Assembly (NCBI GenBank): GCA_020536535.1
Contig: JAHLWZ010000818.1
Span: 1 to 64,000, forward strand
Direction: 5' to 3'
Length of the DNA: 64,000 nucleotides
Source: Pelomyxa schiedti
Taxonomy: Eukaryota > Protista > Evosea
Part shown: piece by piece, positions 39,209 through 52,095 of the stretch
Numbering within the stretch: the first letter of the stretch is position 1
How the letters are laid out: each line of letters begins with the position of its first letter
Position numbers and translations under genes: made by a program
Notes under the pieces: model-generated
The model's database searches: none
The model's input: the letters and a program-made list of their open reading frames with translations, nothing else
What the model was told of the DNA's origin: nothing

Positions 39209-39427
39209 GAGATAGACACAGGGCAGGGTATCCAACGCACTCAGTGAATAGGCTAGCTATTATGACACCACACCACCACCGGGCCAGCAAAAACAACTGA
39301 ACTGAGCCAATGTTGATACAACTGATGACCCCACCACCCTACTTGGGTAATAATTAAATGGTATGTCTGGTCTGCTGTTGTCTCTTGTGCCTAGGGTGAG
39401 AAAAAAAAAACACGAGTGAAAAACAAA

Positions 39428-39509
39428 CGACGCCTGCAGGATTTGAACCTGCGCTCCGTAAAGGAACCGCATTAGCAGTGCGGCGGCTTAACCACTCACC
39501 CAAAGCGTC
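39428..39509 (-). tRNA. tRNA-Ser(GCT)
   Basis: GACGCTT..CCGCA-CTGCTAA-TGCGG, long variable arm TTCCTTTACGGAG, GCAGG-TTCAAAT-CCTGC, AGGCGTC-G. Confidence 0.94.
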
Positions 39510-39598
39510 AAAGGAAAATCTTGGCCAGTTTTCCAGTTTTTGTTGTTGTAACTAAGAGGAGGGGAGAAACAAACAACCAACAGCACACCACCAGCCAA

Positions 39599-39646
<48 letters not shown>

Positions 39647-39723
39647 AACTCAGTTGGTCAAGTAACAAAGGGGATTCATGGGCACCATGATAAATTCAAT
39701 CTATAGACTCCTCAGTGCATTTG

Positions 39724-40065
39724 TGTGCTCCACAGTAAGCAAGTCTTGAGGTTTGACACATCCATGGCTAGGTGGTAAACCAAGAGGGGGGGAAAAAAAA
39801 AAAGTCGATCTTTCTGGGCCTCGAACCCAGGACCTCAAGTTTAGNNNNNNNNNNNNNNNNNNNNNNNNNNNNNNNNNNNNNNNNNNNNNNNNNNNNNNNN
39901 NNNNNNNNNNNNNNNNNNNNNNNNNNNNNNNNNNNNNNNNNNNNATTATACCCCTAAACCACGTGTGCTTCACCGTACCACCCCATGGCAATATGAATAA
40001 GAAGAAGTGTGAATGCTGTTGGTTGGGTCTGATAATAATGATGGAGGGGAGGTTCCACCCAAAAG
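39724..40065 (+). repeat. Direct duplicate of 38443-38881 (tRNA-Arg/tRNA-Gly block), interrupted by an assembly gap
   Basis: 39724-39844 matches 38443-38563; 39945-40065 matches 38761-38881; contains partial second copies of tRNA-Arg (3' half) and tRNA-Gly (5' end). Confidence 0.92.
39845..39944. other. Assembly gap (100 N)
   Basis: Run of n; comparison with the first copy implies ~197 real bases. Confidence 0.99.
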
Positions 40066-40103
40066 TGTGGTCGCCGTGCTCCCGCCCTTTTGGGTGGTTG
40101 CCT

Positions 40104-43100
40104 TTACTTTTTATATTTGTGTTGATTTTGGGTACAAAGGTGCAGGTGCCTTCTCTCTCGTTCCGGCATACTGAGCACCGACAGACAAATAACTCCCAGT
40201 AGCCAAACTTTGAATGTGTTATTATTGGAAAGAAATGGCTGTGGAGTACCAAAGAGAATAAGAAATGGTGCCCATACTTGTGCCCACGCCAGTCCCCAAC
40301 CTCTGTGTGACCATTAGAGTTTTTTTATGTTTCTTTCATTTGATCTACCTTATCATGACAGAGCGTGCCGCTTCAGCTGCCCAAGTTGTTGGTAGAAGAT
40401 AACTGATCCACACAAACCACTTTGGAATCTTGTTGGCAGTTAACTAAGGGCAATACAAGAAAATAGGGATGCAATGCAAATCGATTAGTACACACTGCAC
40501 TGATAGGCCACATCACCCCGCTTAGCATCAAACCTGAAGTTGCCTTGAGTGGATCGGTTAAGGGTTCATAACTTTTACATGGAAAATATGTCCCCACGGT
40601 TATTTGCCCTGCAGCTACTTCAGACTCCGCAACTGAAGCTATAAGCACACCAACTCCCATTCCATCAAGGCCAAGAAGCATAACTAGAGAAAAGAGTAGC
40701 CCAAGACTGCCAACCACTTGAAACTGGAACCCCAGTAAAAGAATGATTAACATCAAAATAACTTGAACGAGAAGGATCAAAGTGTGGGAGAGCATAGCCC
40801 CTAGGAGGGTGAGCACAAGGTCGGATAACAGTTTACTACCTAGTATGATAGAGAATGACGATATTCCTGCAGCAAAGAGTCTATCAAGAGTTCCATCATT
40901 TTTTTCCCTGCAGGAGTCTCAGGATAAAAAAAAACCTCGGGAAGTGTAAGTACCTGACGAAAATTTGGGCTGTATTCCCTATCGACAGGCCAAATATTAC
41001 CATTTCTAACATTCCTAATGTGAATTAGCTTGGCCCTTTTCCCACCCTTACCGGGAGCAAGAAAGTCACTGAATGTACCCTCTTGGCTTCCATATATTGG
41101 TGGTTGTATAGAAATGGGAGACACCTCTGTCCCAGCAATGCTGTTTGCAACTACTGTGTTACTTTAGCCATGGTGGATGTGAGTGCGGAAATATATGTAC
41201 AGCTGATGGCCTCAAAAACTTGCTTCTCTATAAGTAAGGCAACTTGATAGTTAGACATATCCATCCACACTGTTTTGTATTAGCTGTGATGTATATGACC
41301 AGTTTACATGGAATTTCTGATTGGTTTTGTATTTCCTCATTGTGCACAAAAATTGTTCTCAGTGGTAGGGCATATGAAAAATTCTCCGGGATATAAACAG
41401 CACCCCAACCTGATTCTGATTAAATGGAATGAAATTTGGTGACTAACATTCTGCTTGCTGAACACTATAGCAGGCTTCATATGTATCTGACTTGTTAATA
41501 AGTTTTATCATGGTTGAGCCAGGAGGAGCAAGGTAATTGATAAAATCGTTTCCGTAAGTGTGGTTATGGTATCCCATGTCTTTATTAACAACCTTCGAGT
41601 AATCTTGGAAAGAAAAAAAGGAGGAAATACAAACTTACACAAAACGGGAGATTGCGGGGATCGGGCCCCACACCAATCATGAAGATAAAAATCTACCGAA
41701 AAGGAATTAAGACTGAAGGATTGTGAATTGAGAGCACTTGTAGGCTTGGTATCAAGGCACAATATAATAATAACACGGGATTTCTGAATAATTGTACTAA
41801 CTTCCGTATAGTGATTGCTGTAGTATGCTTGCAGGAGATGAGTATGTTAAGTTGACAAGCACACAGTACTACATTGAAGAAACGTCGAAATGTGTTAGGC
41901 TGTGGGGATGATGAGCTTATCAGTGCTGTTCCCAAGGGTTCTTCACCAAGGTTTTTCAGATTAGAATGGGCAGATTTATCAATTAGCTGGTCAGTAAGTA
42001 GTGTCTCTGCTTTGAGTGCAGAAGGTACTGGTGCTTCCTTTTTGGGGTTGATGTCTTGGCACAAATACAAAAAGAGTTCCTAGTATGGTACATCAAAGGA
42101 TGCAACAAATAAGTTACAGGTCATACCTCAAGTGAAGTCAAACCATATTTTTGAAGTAGGATTTGTGGCCCACCCTCCTCCAAGAGTCTGGGGGATGAGT
42201 TGAAATGCTTTTAAAAGTGATTTTTGCAACCTGCCTTCTCTTAATAGCCCCACACAATCAGCAAGGCGGGCTTCCTCTATATAATGTGTTGTAATTACAA
42301 CTGTGCTTCCACTGTTGGACAATGCGCGAATGTACTGCCAGATGCGCGAGCGAAGAAGGGGATCAACACCAACTGTAGGTTCATCAAGTAGTAGAAGCTT
42401 TGGTTGATGAATAAGAGCAACTGTAAGGGTAAATTTAATGCTAAAACATTGCCAAAGAACCTGCTAAGGATACTCTTCGCTTCTGGCCCCCACTAAGCTT
42501 TTTTACAAGTTTGTTGAAAGGGGGCAAGTCCAAGACTGTGGCAAGTTCCCTGAACAAAAGTCATTACTGATTTGGGGAGTAGTTCCAAACTTTTTGCGAG
42601 CATTAAACACCCTCGGTTGTAGGCCGTGAAGTGTTGCATGAAAACGAAGAGTCTCTCCAATGGTCAGGTAGTCATACAGAGCAATATCTTGAGGCATGTA
42701 ACCTTGGAATAAGAGTAAAAACTTTGGATTGTACTAAGGCCCAACCAGCAAGAGAGCCTGGAACCCCATGTCCCCTTGTGTGTGGAGATTTCCCTGTACA
42801 ATGTGTGAGCTAAATCTCACTCCAGGTACCATGAATAAATACCCAAAACTTTCACGGTTCCAGCATCAGGAGCCAATTTCCCAAGAATAATCTAATAACC
42901 AGAAATGCTTATTATTTCAGCCTATGAAACAAAAAGAAAAAAACCCACATGCCTTGAGTAGTGTAGTTTTACCACACCCACTGGGGCCTAACAATCCATA
43001 AATTGTTCCTTGAAATTCCCTATGTGAGAAAGAAGTGAAAAAAACGAAGAGGAAAAGACCTTTATCGACGTGCATGGACATGTCCTTGAGAACAACTTGG

Positions 43101-43354
43101 GAGCCGTACGACTTCGACAAATTTTCGACGAGAATACCTCCCTCGGTGCCCGCGGTCGTCCCACAATTGCGTTGTGTAGTCTCCCCGGCTGCTTCCTCCA
43201 CAACCACGTCGCTGAGGACCTCGCGGCGGCTCCCATAATCTCCCTCCGGCACCGTTGTTACCGACACAGTGGGATGCGTGCCCTCCACGGATCCGTACCA
43301 CTCTGCGTCCCTTCGGTTGATCGAAGTACCCGCCGTCGCCGACTGCACGTTCAT
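40104..43354 (-). CDS. ABC half-transporter, NBD-TMD orientation (ABCH / Dictyostelium ABCG20-like)
   Basis: YGLLGPSGCGKTTLL, YMPQDIAL, LSGGQKRRVS, LDEPTVGVDPLLRSRIW, ITTHYIEEAR; ABC-2 membrane part FSDFLAPG, LMLSGVMWP. Confidence 0.92.
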
Positions 43355-43546
43355 TTGTTTAAAAAGGAAATCTGATCACTTTTTTTTCAGCGATCCAAAA
43401 ACAACCCCTTTTCTTTTGACAATTGTGTCACCGCGAGACGAGATGAGTTCAACGTTCCGACTTTTTAGAGCTGGCAGTTAGTTCCTGTTCAAAACTTGCA
43501 AGCAAACACCCACTCAAAACCACAGGACACTAGCACACAACCGGAA

Positions 43547-45874
43547 ATGTTGTCCAAATTGTTAAACTTCTCCATTGGGCAGCAATCACCAACCACTCGG
43601 CATTCTCCGCACACGAACACGGCCCCCCGCTCACAATCACACAACGGTACCGGAGCCAACTTGGAGGCTGCGGCAAATACTATTACTGCTACTGCTACTA
43701 CTACTACTAGTAGTAGTAGAAAAACTACGCCGACTTCTTCCCTATCAATCTTGCCTGAGGACACTCCAGCCCCTAGGCCAGATGAATTCTACGATCTGGA
43801 GCTACCAATACGCTCATTCAGCGAACTGCTTCACGGCCCAGGCTGGCAGATCCTTATGAGATCACCAAAGTGTGTTTTTTATTTATTCATTTATTTTTTT
43901 CTTTCTCCCTGTCTGAGAGTTCTATGTGAAAAACAGAGGGCTAAACCCATTCCAAAACCACACCAACAGCATTGCACTGATGAAAAAGGTTCTGAGCCGA
44001 AACACGCATCAGATTGTGACTGTAGACGGACTTTTCAACCGAGGCAAAACTCACCTCATTGCGCGACTTGCACGTCAGCCACTTCCATCAATGGGATACA
44101 CAGTTAGGACAGAGGGACTGTGTTACAAATTGATGACAACAAACAATCTGCAATCTGCATGTCTATTTTTGGATGCAGCAGGAAGCCGGGCTCCAATTCC
44201 ACTGGTGTGAACCTCTTTTATTTGTTATCATTAATAGATTAGAATAATACCACCCCTAATTCAGTGCTCACGTTCTTAATTCTTCAAGTCCTCTTCCAGA
44301 GCAGAGAAAAAATTGATTGATAACTTCTTGCGTACAATGAAGATACGATTGGCTGATCACTTGCTTTTGGTTGTTAATCAACTCACTGTGGATGATCAGG
44401 TTTGTTCTGACTTGTAGCCCTCCTTCTTCCCCAATCTCATTATGTCCTTAGGACTACATTGCTGATGTGGACTCAGAGTGTGGAGTCCTGTCATCTCCAT
44501 TGAATCCGCCGCCATATAGTGTGGTCCACAACTTTGCAAATATTGGGGACTTACGTGAGCTGGCCCTGTGCATATACACGGATATTGTGGAGTGCTTTGG
44601 TGGAGAGTATAGATGGAGGGAAGCGGAGGGAAAAAACTGTCCTGAGTGGTTAGACTGTCGTAAGGTGCTCCACTATGTTTTGGCGAAGGAAGGGACACCA
44701 GTATGCCCAGCTCTCCTAATTATTATTTAACCCAAGCTGCAGGCTGGAGAATTTATTAATAATAGAACCTATAGCCTTATTCGCGCCTTCTTCACAATGA
44801 GACAAACAAATAAATCGAGCAATCTTGCCACATTATTCACAGAACATGCAACTGCAATTCTCCCCAAGTACCTCAATTCTGCAGCACCAGCAATCAAGTG
44901 GGACAGTGAAAACATGCTCATAACTTTGAGCTGCACAGAGGAAACTAAACTGAAAGTTGATGTGCAAGTGCAATCTTTTCACCTGTACACTGTATTCAGA
45001 ATTCAAGAAGCTGTAGTACACCTTTGAACTTTATCTACCACTAACACTTGGTAGATTTATTTACATAGCGAGTATACCAAAGTTTTTTATGAGTCGTCAA
45101 AACCACAGGAAGATAATGGTACTAGTCTCCTTGTTTATTTGTCACTCAATTGTATTGAAGCTTGCATGGCTGACTGGTATGAGATCACTGTGGATTTCCC
45201 TAATATGGAGGAAATCTCCATTCAGTGGCTGGAAACTACATCTAATGAACGGTATCACTTGTTGCGAATATTCGTTGTCCAGCAAATTAAAGTCGTTTAT
45301 TGCGTTCTAAAATAAGGAAGGTTCCTGCGGATCACAGGCGAACGCAAGAAAAGAATTGTGGATTCCAAAGGAATAGAGATAGTGCCACTGCGTTACGGCA
45401 GGGAGACCTATGACATCATAACTCTGCGAGAGGTTAACTTGTATGTTCTTCAGGGAATTCACCCACCCAAAACCGGGTAAGTCCTTTCCTTTCTTTCACT
45501 TGATTTCTCTCATGACACTCTAATATGGCAGGTCTCTGTTTACAATAGGAAAAAAGGGATGCATCACATTGACTGAAGGTGTTCTGTGGAGTTATGAACT
45601 TGGTCAAATACAAGTGTGGGTGCCTAGTGCCAATCCTCTATTAAAGCACCAGGACCCATTGTGCGAAAAAATGACCTTACAACAACCACAGCAACCCCCA
45701 GAGGTGCCCACACCAGCTACAACCATAACATCTACCACTACAACTGAAAGGCCTTGTGAAGAACTTCCGGATATACCTCACATAACAACAGACACAGTAA
45801 TACCCCCCGACACACCAAACATGTACCTTCAGCACTTTCTGGCCTATCTTCACCACTCTGGAACCCTCTGGTAA
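43547..45874 (+). CDS. P-loop GTPase-like protein with possible C-terminal HSP20-like domain
   Basis: GLFNRGKT (G1), VRTEG (G2), FLDAAG (G3), LLVVNQLT, VVHNF; C-terminal YEITVDFPNM..LRITGERKK. Confidence 0.68.
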
Positions 45875-46116
45875 AAAAGCCAAAATAGACAAGTTCACAT
45901 GGACCATTTTTTTCCTGTTTCGCACTATATTCCTCTTACAGTTCTCAGTCTCGGTGCTTTGCCAAACACAGTGCCACATTTCCCTTGTAGAGCCAAGATC
46001 CCAAACCCCTGCGCAGTCAACATCAAAAAAAAAAAAAAAAACCAAATCAATTCCGCGAGGCCTCACACAAGCGACACAAGGGCACACACCGGGGATCGTA
46101 ATAACGTACTACGCAC

Positions 46117-48649
46117 ATGGATCTCGACAACGTGGAGAAACTGCTGGACTCGGCATTGGGCGGTGGAGGTGGCGGCGGCGGTGCACCCGTGCCGGCGGCG
46201 TCGTCGCCGCAGCAGCCGACACAGGCACAATCTCAGGGGGGAACGACGACCACCGCCACGACGACGACAGACACCGCTGCAAAAGAGCGCGACCGCGACC
46301 GCGACCGTGATCGTGATCGTGACCGCGACCACCGCGACAAAAGAGACCGTGACCGTGACCGTGACCGTGACAGAGACAGAGACAGAGACCGTGATCATGA
46401 TCGTGATCGTGACCGCGACAGAGACAGGGATCGTGACCGCTACAGAGATAGGGATAGGGATCGTGACAGGGATAGGGATAGGCATGCTCACAGGCACAGT
46501 CACTCTCACAGGTTTGGGGCCAGCTTCTTCTTTTTTTTTTTTTTTTTTTTTTTTTTTCTGTATGTATATTTTTCACTTTGTTAACAGTCTTGACAGGAGC
46601 AGATCGAGGAGTCGTTCTCCAAGAAAATCCACAGACGGTGCACCGAGTTCAAGGTACCAACTCTTTTTTTCCCTCTATTCAACCCGAGTTGGGTGTTAAC
46701 ACTCTCTAAGCGCTACACCGGGCTCCGCAGCTACTATCCCCACTCCTGGAAATCCTGCTGCAGTAACCCCCAGTTCATCCACAAAGGATTCTAGTAGAGA
46801 GAGGGACAGAGAACGAGAAAGGGAGAGAGATAGGGGAAGAGATAGGTCTGGTCCTGAGAGAGATAGTTATGGGGCACGTTTCCGCGATAGAAATAAACCA
46901 AAGGATCCAGAAAAGCCTGAAACCGAAGCAGAGAGAAGAGGTGTCCAAATTGCCAATTTGTTATCCTTCTCACTTGCTAAAGAAAGGGAATTACGTGATG
47001 CTGAAAGAGACGCAAGAACAGTGTTTGCTGGCAACTTACCAATCAGAGCTTCAGAGAAGGAAATTTGGGCATTCTTTGAAAAAGCGGGCAAAGTTGTAGA
47101 CTTACAATTAATCTCTGATAGAAATTCACGGAAGTCAAAAGGGTAATTTGAGAACCAAGGGCTTGTTGATAATTATGAAGAATATTCAATATAACACCAT
47201 GGATAAACTGCATTGCACCTCAACCAAGACACCCCTAAACAAAACCAAAGTTTTGGATATGTAGAGTACGACTCCACGGATTCTATTCCTGCTGCCTTGT
47301 CACTTTCCGGACAGCCTCTTAAAGGACAGCCTATAATTGTTCAAGTGACACAGTCAGAGAAGAACAAGATGGCAACGTGAGTGATTACACATTACGTTAT
47401 CTATTCTCTTATTTATGTCTACAGCACTACGACAACAGCGTCCACAGCATTCAGTGGCCCAACACGACTTTACGTTGGGTCACTTCACTATAACATTTCG
47501 GAAGAAGACTTGAGGATGATTTTCTCCCCTTTTGGGGAGATAGACTTCATCAATTTACATATTGACCCAGAGACCAATAGGTCAAAAGGCTTTGCTTTTG
47601 TCCAGTGCGTCATAAGACAATATTAGTACTGTAAACCCTACACTACCCTTTTACTTTTTAAGGTATAAGCGTGGCGAGGACGCAAAAAAAGCACTGCAAA
47701 ATATTAATGGACTTGAATTAGCTGGTCGACCTCTTAAAGTTGGTCTTGTTAATGAGAGCTCTGGTCAGACAATGGGAATTCTAGGAGAACTTGACGACGA
47801 TGGTACACGCTTTAAATCGCTCTATTCACATGATTATTCAATTTTTGATAATACAGTGTGATAGACCTTTATTCAAAAAGTCTTAAACTACCAAATATAT
47901 CGTCAAACAAAAACCAAGTCACACAAACACCACAGATGATTATTTCTCCACTAACCCTGTGTGACATCAAAAACATTGCACTTTTACCCTTTGTCATCGC
48001 TAGATGGTGGTGGGCTTGCACTTAATGCTCAGTCCAGAGCCCTTTTGATGCTCAAGCTCCAGAGAGGAGAACCTGACGGCATTCAAATCCCAACTCCAGT
48101 AACCATTCCTCTCTTCTCATATTAGTTCTGATAGGAGATATCAGTTTACAGGAGGACTACCAAGTACTCTTCCTACAACTATTCCTGCGAATCTCCCTAT
48201 AGGTCCGATTGTCGCTATGACGGCTGGTCTTGCTGCGACCACCCCCTCTCCCTGCATTTTATTAAAGAATATGTTTGATCCTTCCAGGTCCAACCAGAAA
48301 ACATACTAAAGAAGAAACACAACAAAAGCTAATGTCGTTCAGAGAAGACACACCTGACTTTGACCAGGAAATCCGCGAAGATGTTATGGAAGAATGCGGC
48401 AAGTGCGGAACAGTGCGCTATATTCATGTAGACAAACAGTCACAAGGGCACGTCTATGTCCGGTTTGCTGAGATATCCGCTGCACACAAAGCGATATCTG
48501 CCCTGAACCACAGGTGGTTTGCTGGAAAGATGATATCAGCAGAATTTTTCCCTGAAGGTACCTGTGTCCCTTGGTTTTTTTACAGTGGCTTTCTAATCGT
48601 TTCAAAAGGTCCTTTTGTTGCCAAATTTCCAGAATCTGAGAGACAGTGA
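46117..48649 (+). CDS. RBM39: RBM39/CAPER-like splicing factor (RD/RS region, two RRMs, UHM)
   Basis: (DR)n repeat; ERDARTVF, DRNSRKSKG, PTRLYVGSLHYNISEEDL, SKGFAFVQ, LNAQSRALLM, CILLKNMFDP, RWFAGKMISA. Confidence 0.95.
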
Positions 48650-49205
48650 ACCCAATTAAAACACATAAAAACCAGTTAAGAACACACAACGCTTCATTAC
48701 CCCACTCCCCGCATCCCTTGCCCAAAACGCTCTTGAACAATAGAACCAACAGAAGCATTATTGGGGCTCAAATAAATCCAATTTCCGGCGTTTTTGAAAC
48801 CACACAACAGATTGTACTGTTCGAGAAATCTGTTAAATCGTACTAACTTCTCATGGCTTTTGCTCGGGTCGTTTTGCCAGAGGTTCAGTGGTAGTGTCCC
48901 TTGGAATGGGTGCTGCTTGTGAGGATGAAGGTGTGCGTTTTCTAGGATGAGGTTCAGCTTGGGTTGGCCTTTCTTTGATAAGACCAAAAAAGTACTTTTT
49001 TGTAGTTTCGAAGTTTCCAGTTCTTGTAGCCCAGTCAGTTATGGCTTTCTTTTGTGCTGTTGCAGATGTGTTTCCTGCAAGCTCTGTATCAGTGAGTTGT
49101 AGTTCAGCTTGTAATGCCACTAAAGATTCAACAGAGAAATGAGAATTCCCCAAATAAGCTTCACAGAGAATTACATTTCCAATTCTTCTTTTTCTCGTTC
49201 GGCCG

Positions 49206-52006
49206 ATGCGAAGTAGTAGTAGCCGTGTGTCAGGGTGGGGCAGAGCTCGGGCTCGTAAGATGTGCCCGCGTTTGTGCACGGAACCGCGCAGGCGCACGTC
49301 GGCGGGCCGCTCAACGTCGTCGGGGACATAGGAAGTGGCTCTGGCGCCCCAGCCCCACGATTATCAAGAGGAAGGAGAGTTGCAGGAGGAATGCAACGAT
49401 TGGGAAGAAGAAGAGGATGAGGAGGAGGAAGGGGAAGGGGAAGGGTATTCGCGTATAGATTGCGAACCACAACCAAAGCGTAGCAGATGTGGAGGCACGT
49501 TCCCGTTAAGCGATGCCCTCAAACCCATCGCCGAGGTTATTCCCAACTTCCTTGGAATGTCAAGTGAGGCTCGAGTGGAAACACTACGGTTCTACAATGC
49601 GCGAGCAGAGGTACAGAAGATGGCCCTCGCTCGTGCAATTGCCAGGGAGGTAGCCAAGCAAGAAGAAATACGGACAAAGAGGGGGCTGGCAATGCACCGT
49701 GGCTTTCGTATGTTACATTTTATCAGTCCAACTTGTTTACTCAGTTTGCTCAAAAGTTCTGACACATTCGGAGTATTCTGAGCACCTTTTTGGTGCAAAA
49801 GAAGAACCTTTTTTTGCTTGGGTTCCTGAACTTCCAGTGAAATGGTCCTTCAGCACTGGTAAACCTGGAAGCTCCAGGCCCGACCTGTATGGCATCCTAG
49901 CTGAGAATTTCCAAACTTTGAAAAAAGTAGCAAAAAAGGCCCATGTGCCCATTTGCTATGAGCTGCGTGATATCCACGCAGAGATGAATTCGATCCCAAA
50001 TCGCAAACCTGACTTCGCATTTTTTCTGTCTGGACAACCCTCCTTTGGGTTCTATTCTGTGTAAGTGCTGCTCTTTCGTATCCCCCTTCCATTCTTTTTG
50101 GTTTGCACTGACCAAGCCCCAAACAGGTTTTTTCTGGAAATTGCTGCACAAAAGGGGGGAGATTTCCCATCCAGCAAGTATAAAGGGAGGGCCTTGGATT
50201 ATGCGATAAAGTTCTTGGATTCCATGCCTATGAGGATGTGTGTGCACGTGGCAGTGACCAACTTGCAGGAAATTTGGTGTCTGAGGGTGACACGCCGCGG
50301 TGCCACTAACAGTAGAAGAGGTGACCTGCATTTCTGCATAATACAGGAAGATTATGACCTTGCAGTTTCCGGGGCAAATTCGTGCGGATCTGTCAAGTCT
50401 GTGCTGCTCAAGGTTCTAAACATGTCTGAGAAGGAACTTACTGGGTGTTACCGCGGTGATTATTCCTTCAAGGTTAGCAGTTTTGGTTGTAGATCTCTGT
50501 TGCTGCTGGCTACGCTAGCTTTTCATTTTTTCCCTACCTGTCTTCTAACTAATACTGTCCGACATAACTAAAATCAAAACCAAAAAAGAGAAGCAATAAA
50601 CATCATCATCCATGGAATAGTTGGGGAGGGACCCACCTCCGTAGCTTTTTTGTGTGCTCTTGGTCCCTGCAATGTAGCTGCAGGTAGCCCAACCCACATT
50701 TTGAAGGTACCAAAGAGAGAACATGTGGAGGACAGTGTGGCAGTACTTCAGCATGAATGTGACATCTTACAAGCTATTGCAACAAAAATCAGAGGAAACC
50801 CATCCAAATATATTCCCGCAACAGAAGGGCTCACTGACCAGCGTGATGCTTTGATTCTGGAGCCTATTGGGAAGTCACTTGATGATAGACAATTTCCAAA
50901 ACACGTGACTACTATCTTTTTTTTTTGTTTGTTCTAACCTGATGTGCTCAAACAACAAACACATGAAGGGCTTCCTTGCATATTTCTGTGGACTTGTTGA
51001 AGCTCTGCAGCACGTGCACCTGGAGGCAGGCATCGTGCACAGGGATGTGTGCCCAGATAACATCGTTTTCTGGGAAGGCTCAAAGGAGAGGCCTCAGTCA
51101 CTTGTTCTCATAGATTGGGGTTTTGCTCAGAGGCTCCCATGCAATCAACCTTTCAGTGGAACAGTGCCCTGGGCTTCAGATGAAGTTTTGAAGCAGCTTC
51201 TGCAGAACCAGTCCAATGGTGATGAAATGGCGCCAGTGAAGTACACACCTGCTGATGACCTTGTCTCTCTCGTAAGAACCCTTCTTACAGTTTTGGATGA
51301 CAACAGCTGCACTCAACAAAAAGTTTCTAAGTACTTGCAATGCCTCCCTTGTCGTGACCTTGGAATGGTGTGTTATTTTTGGGAGCGCGTGCTTAAGGTT
51401 TCATCCTCTCCTTTTCCTCCATCTGGTGGCTGCTTTCAACACTGTTTTACCGTCAGCAATTTACCTCCTCAGCCACCAGACTTGACATCCTCCCCTTCCG
51501 AAGACAACAAAGCCTCCTCAACCAACCTCCCAGACAGAGTGTACCACCAGTGGTACCCAGCTGCACTGCAATTTGCCCGGTCATGCCAGTACAATGAACT
51601 GCGCCAGCTTATTGCAAGCATTTCCAACTCCTTTGTCGCCACCTATGCACCACCGCTATCAACAACAACAACAACAACAACAACAACAGACACGGCCGCA
51701 GCCGCAGCAGCAACAGCGTCGGCGTCGTTGGAATCCTCCGACACAACTGCACCACCGCCGGAACCTCCATCCACGCCACCGACGAGGACGATGACGAGGC
51801 ACAGCAACCTCCCAGCCCCGCCCGCACCCTCGTCCACAAGAGTGCTTGCTCACACCCGGCCAACTCGTTCGCGTTTGTCCACCACACTCACGTCGTCGGC
51901 ACTGCCCGTGCGTGGGGGCTTCTCCAGAACACCAACCAGAGTGCGCCGTGTTGCATTCTTCTCCAGACCGCTAAATTTGGAGCAACAGCAGAACCATTGT
52001 ACCTGA
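49206..52006 (+). CDS. Restriction-endonuclease-like domain + protein kinase (Crinkler-type/fungal-kinase architecture); start uncertain (49206 or 49557)
   Basis: REase-like: RKPDFAF..FFLEI..KGRALDY..PMR..VTNLQEI. Kinase: GIVGEGPTSVAF, ILKVPK, LQHECDIL, HRDVCPDNI, LIDWGFA, FSGTVPWAS. Confidence 0.75.
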
Positions 52007-52095
52007 GGTACAAAAAACAACCAAGAAACATACAATAGACTTTCTTTTTTGCCCCTTTGGGTGTGGTGAGACGGAGGGAAGAGGGATCCTTGGTG

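Noticed and set aside
46287-46482. GACCGY hexamer array as a CRISPR or mobile repeat
   Set aside because: Encodes the Asp-Arg repeat of RBM39; no spacers
47160-47235. Stem plus ACA in another RBM39 intron
   Set aside because: Short imperfect stem; no clear guide pocket
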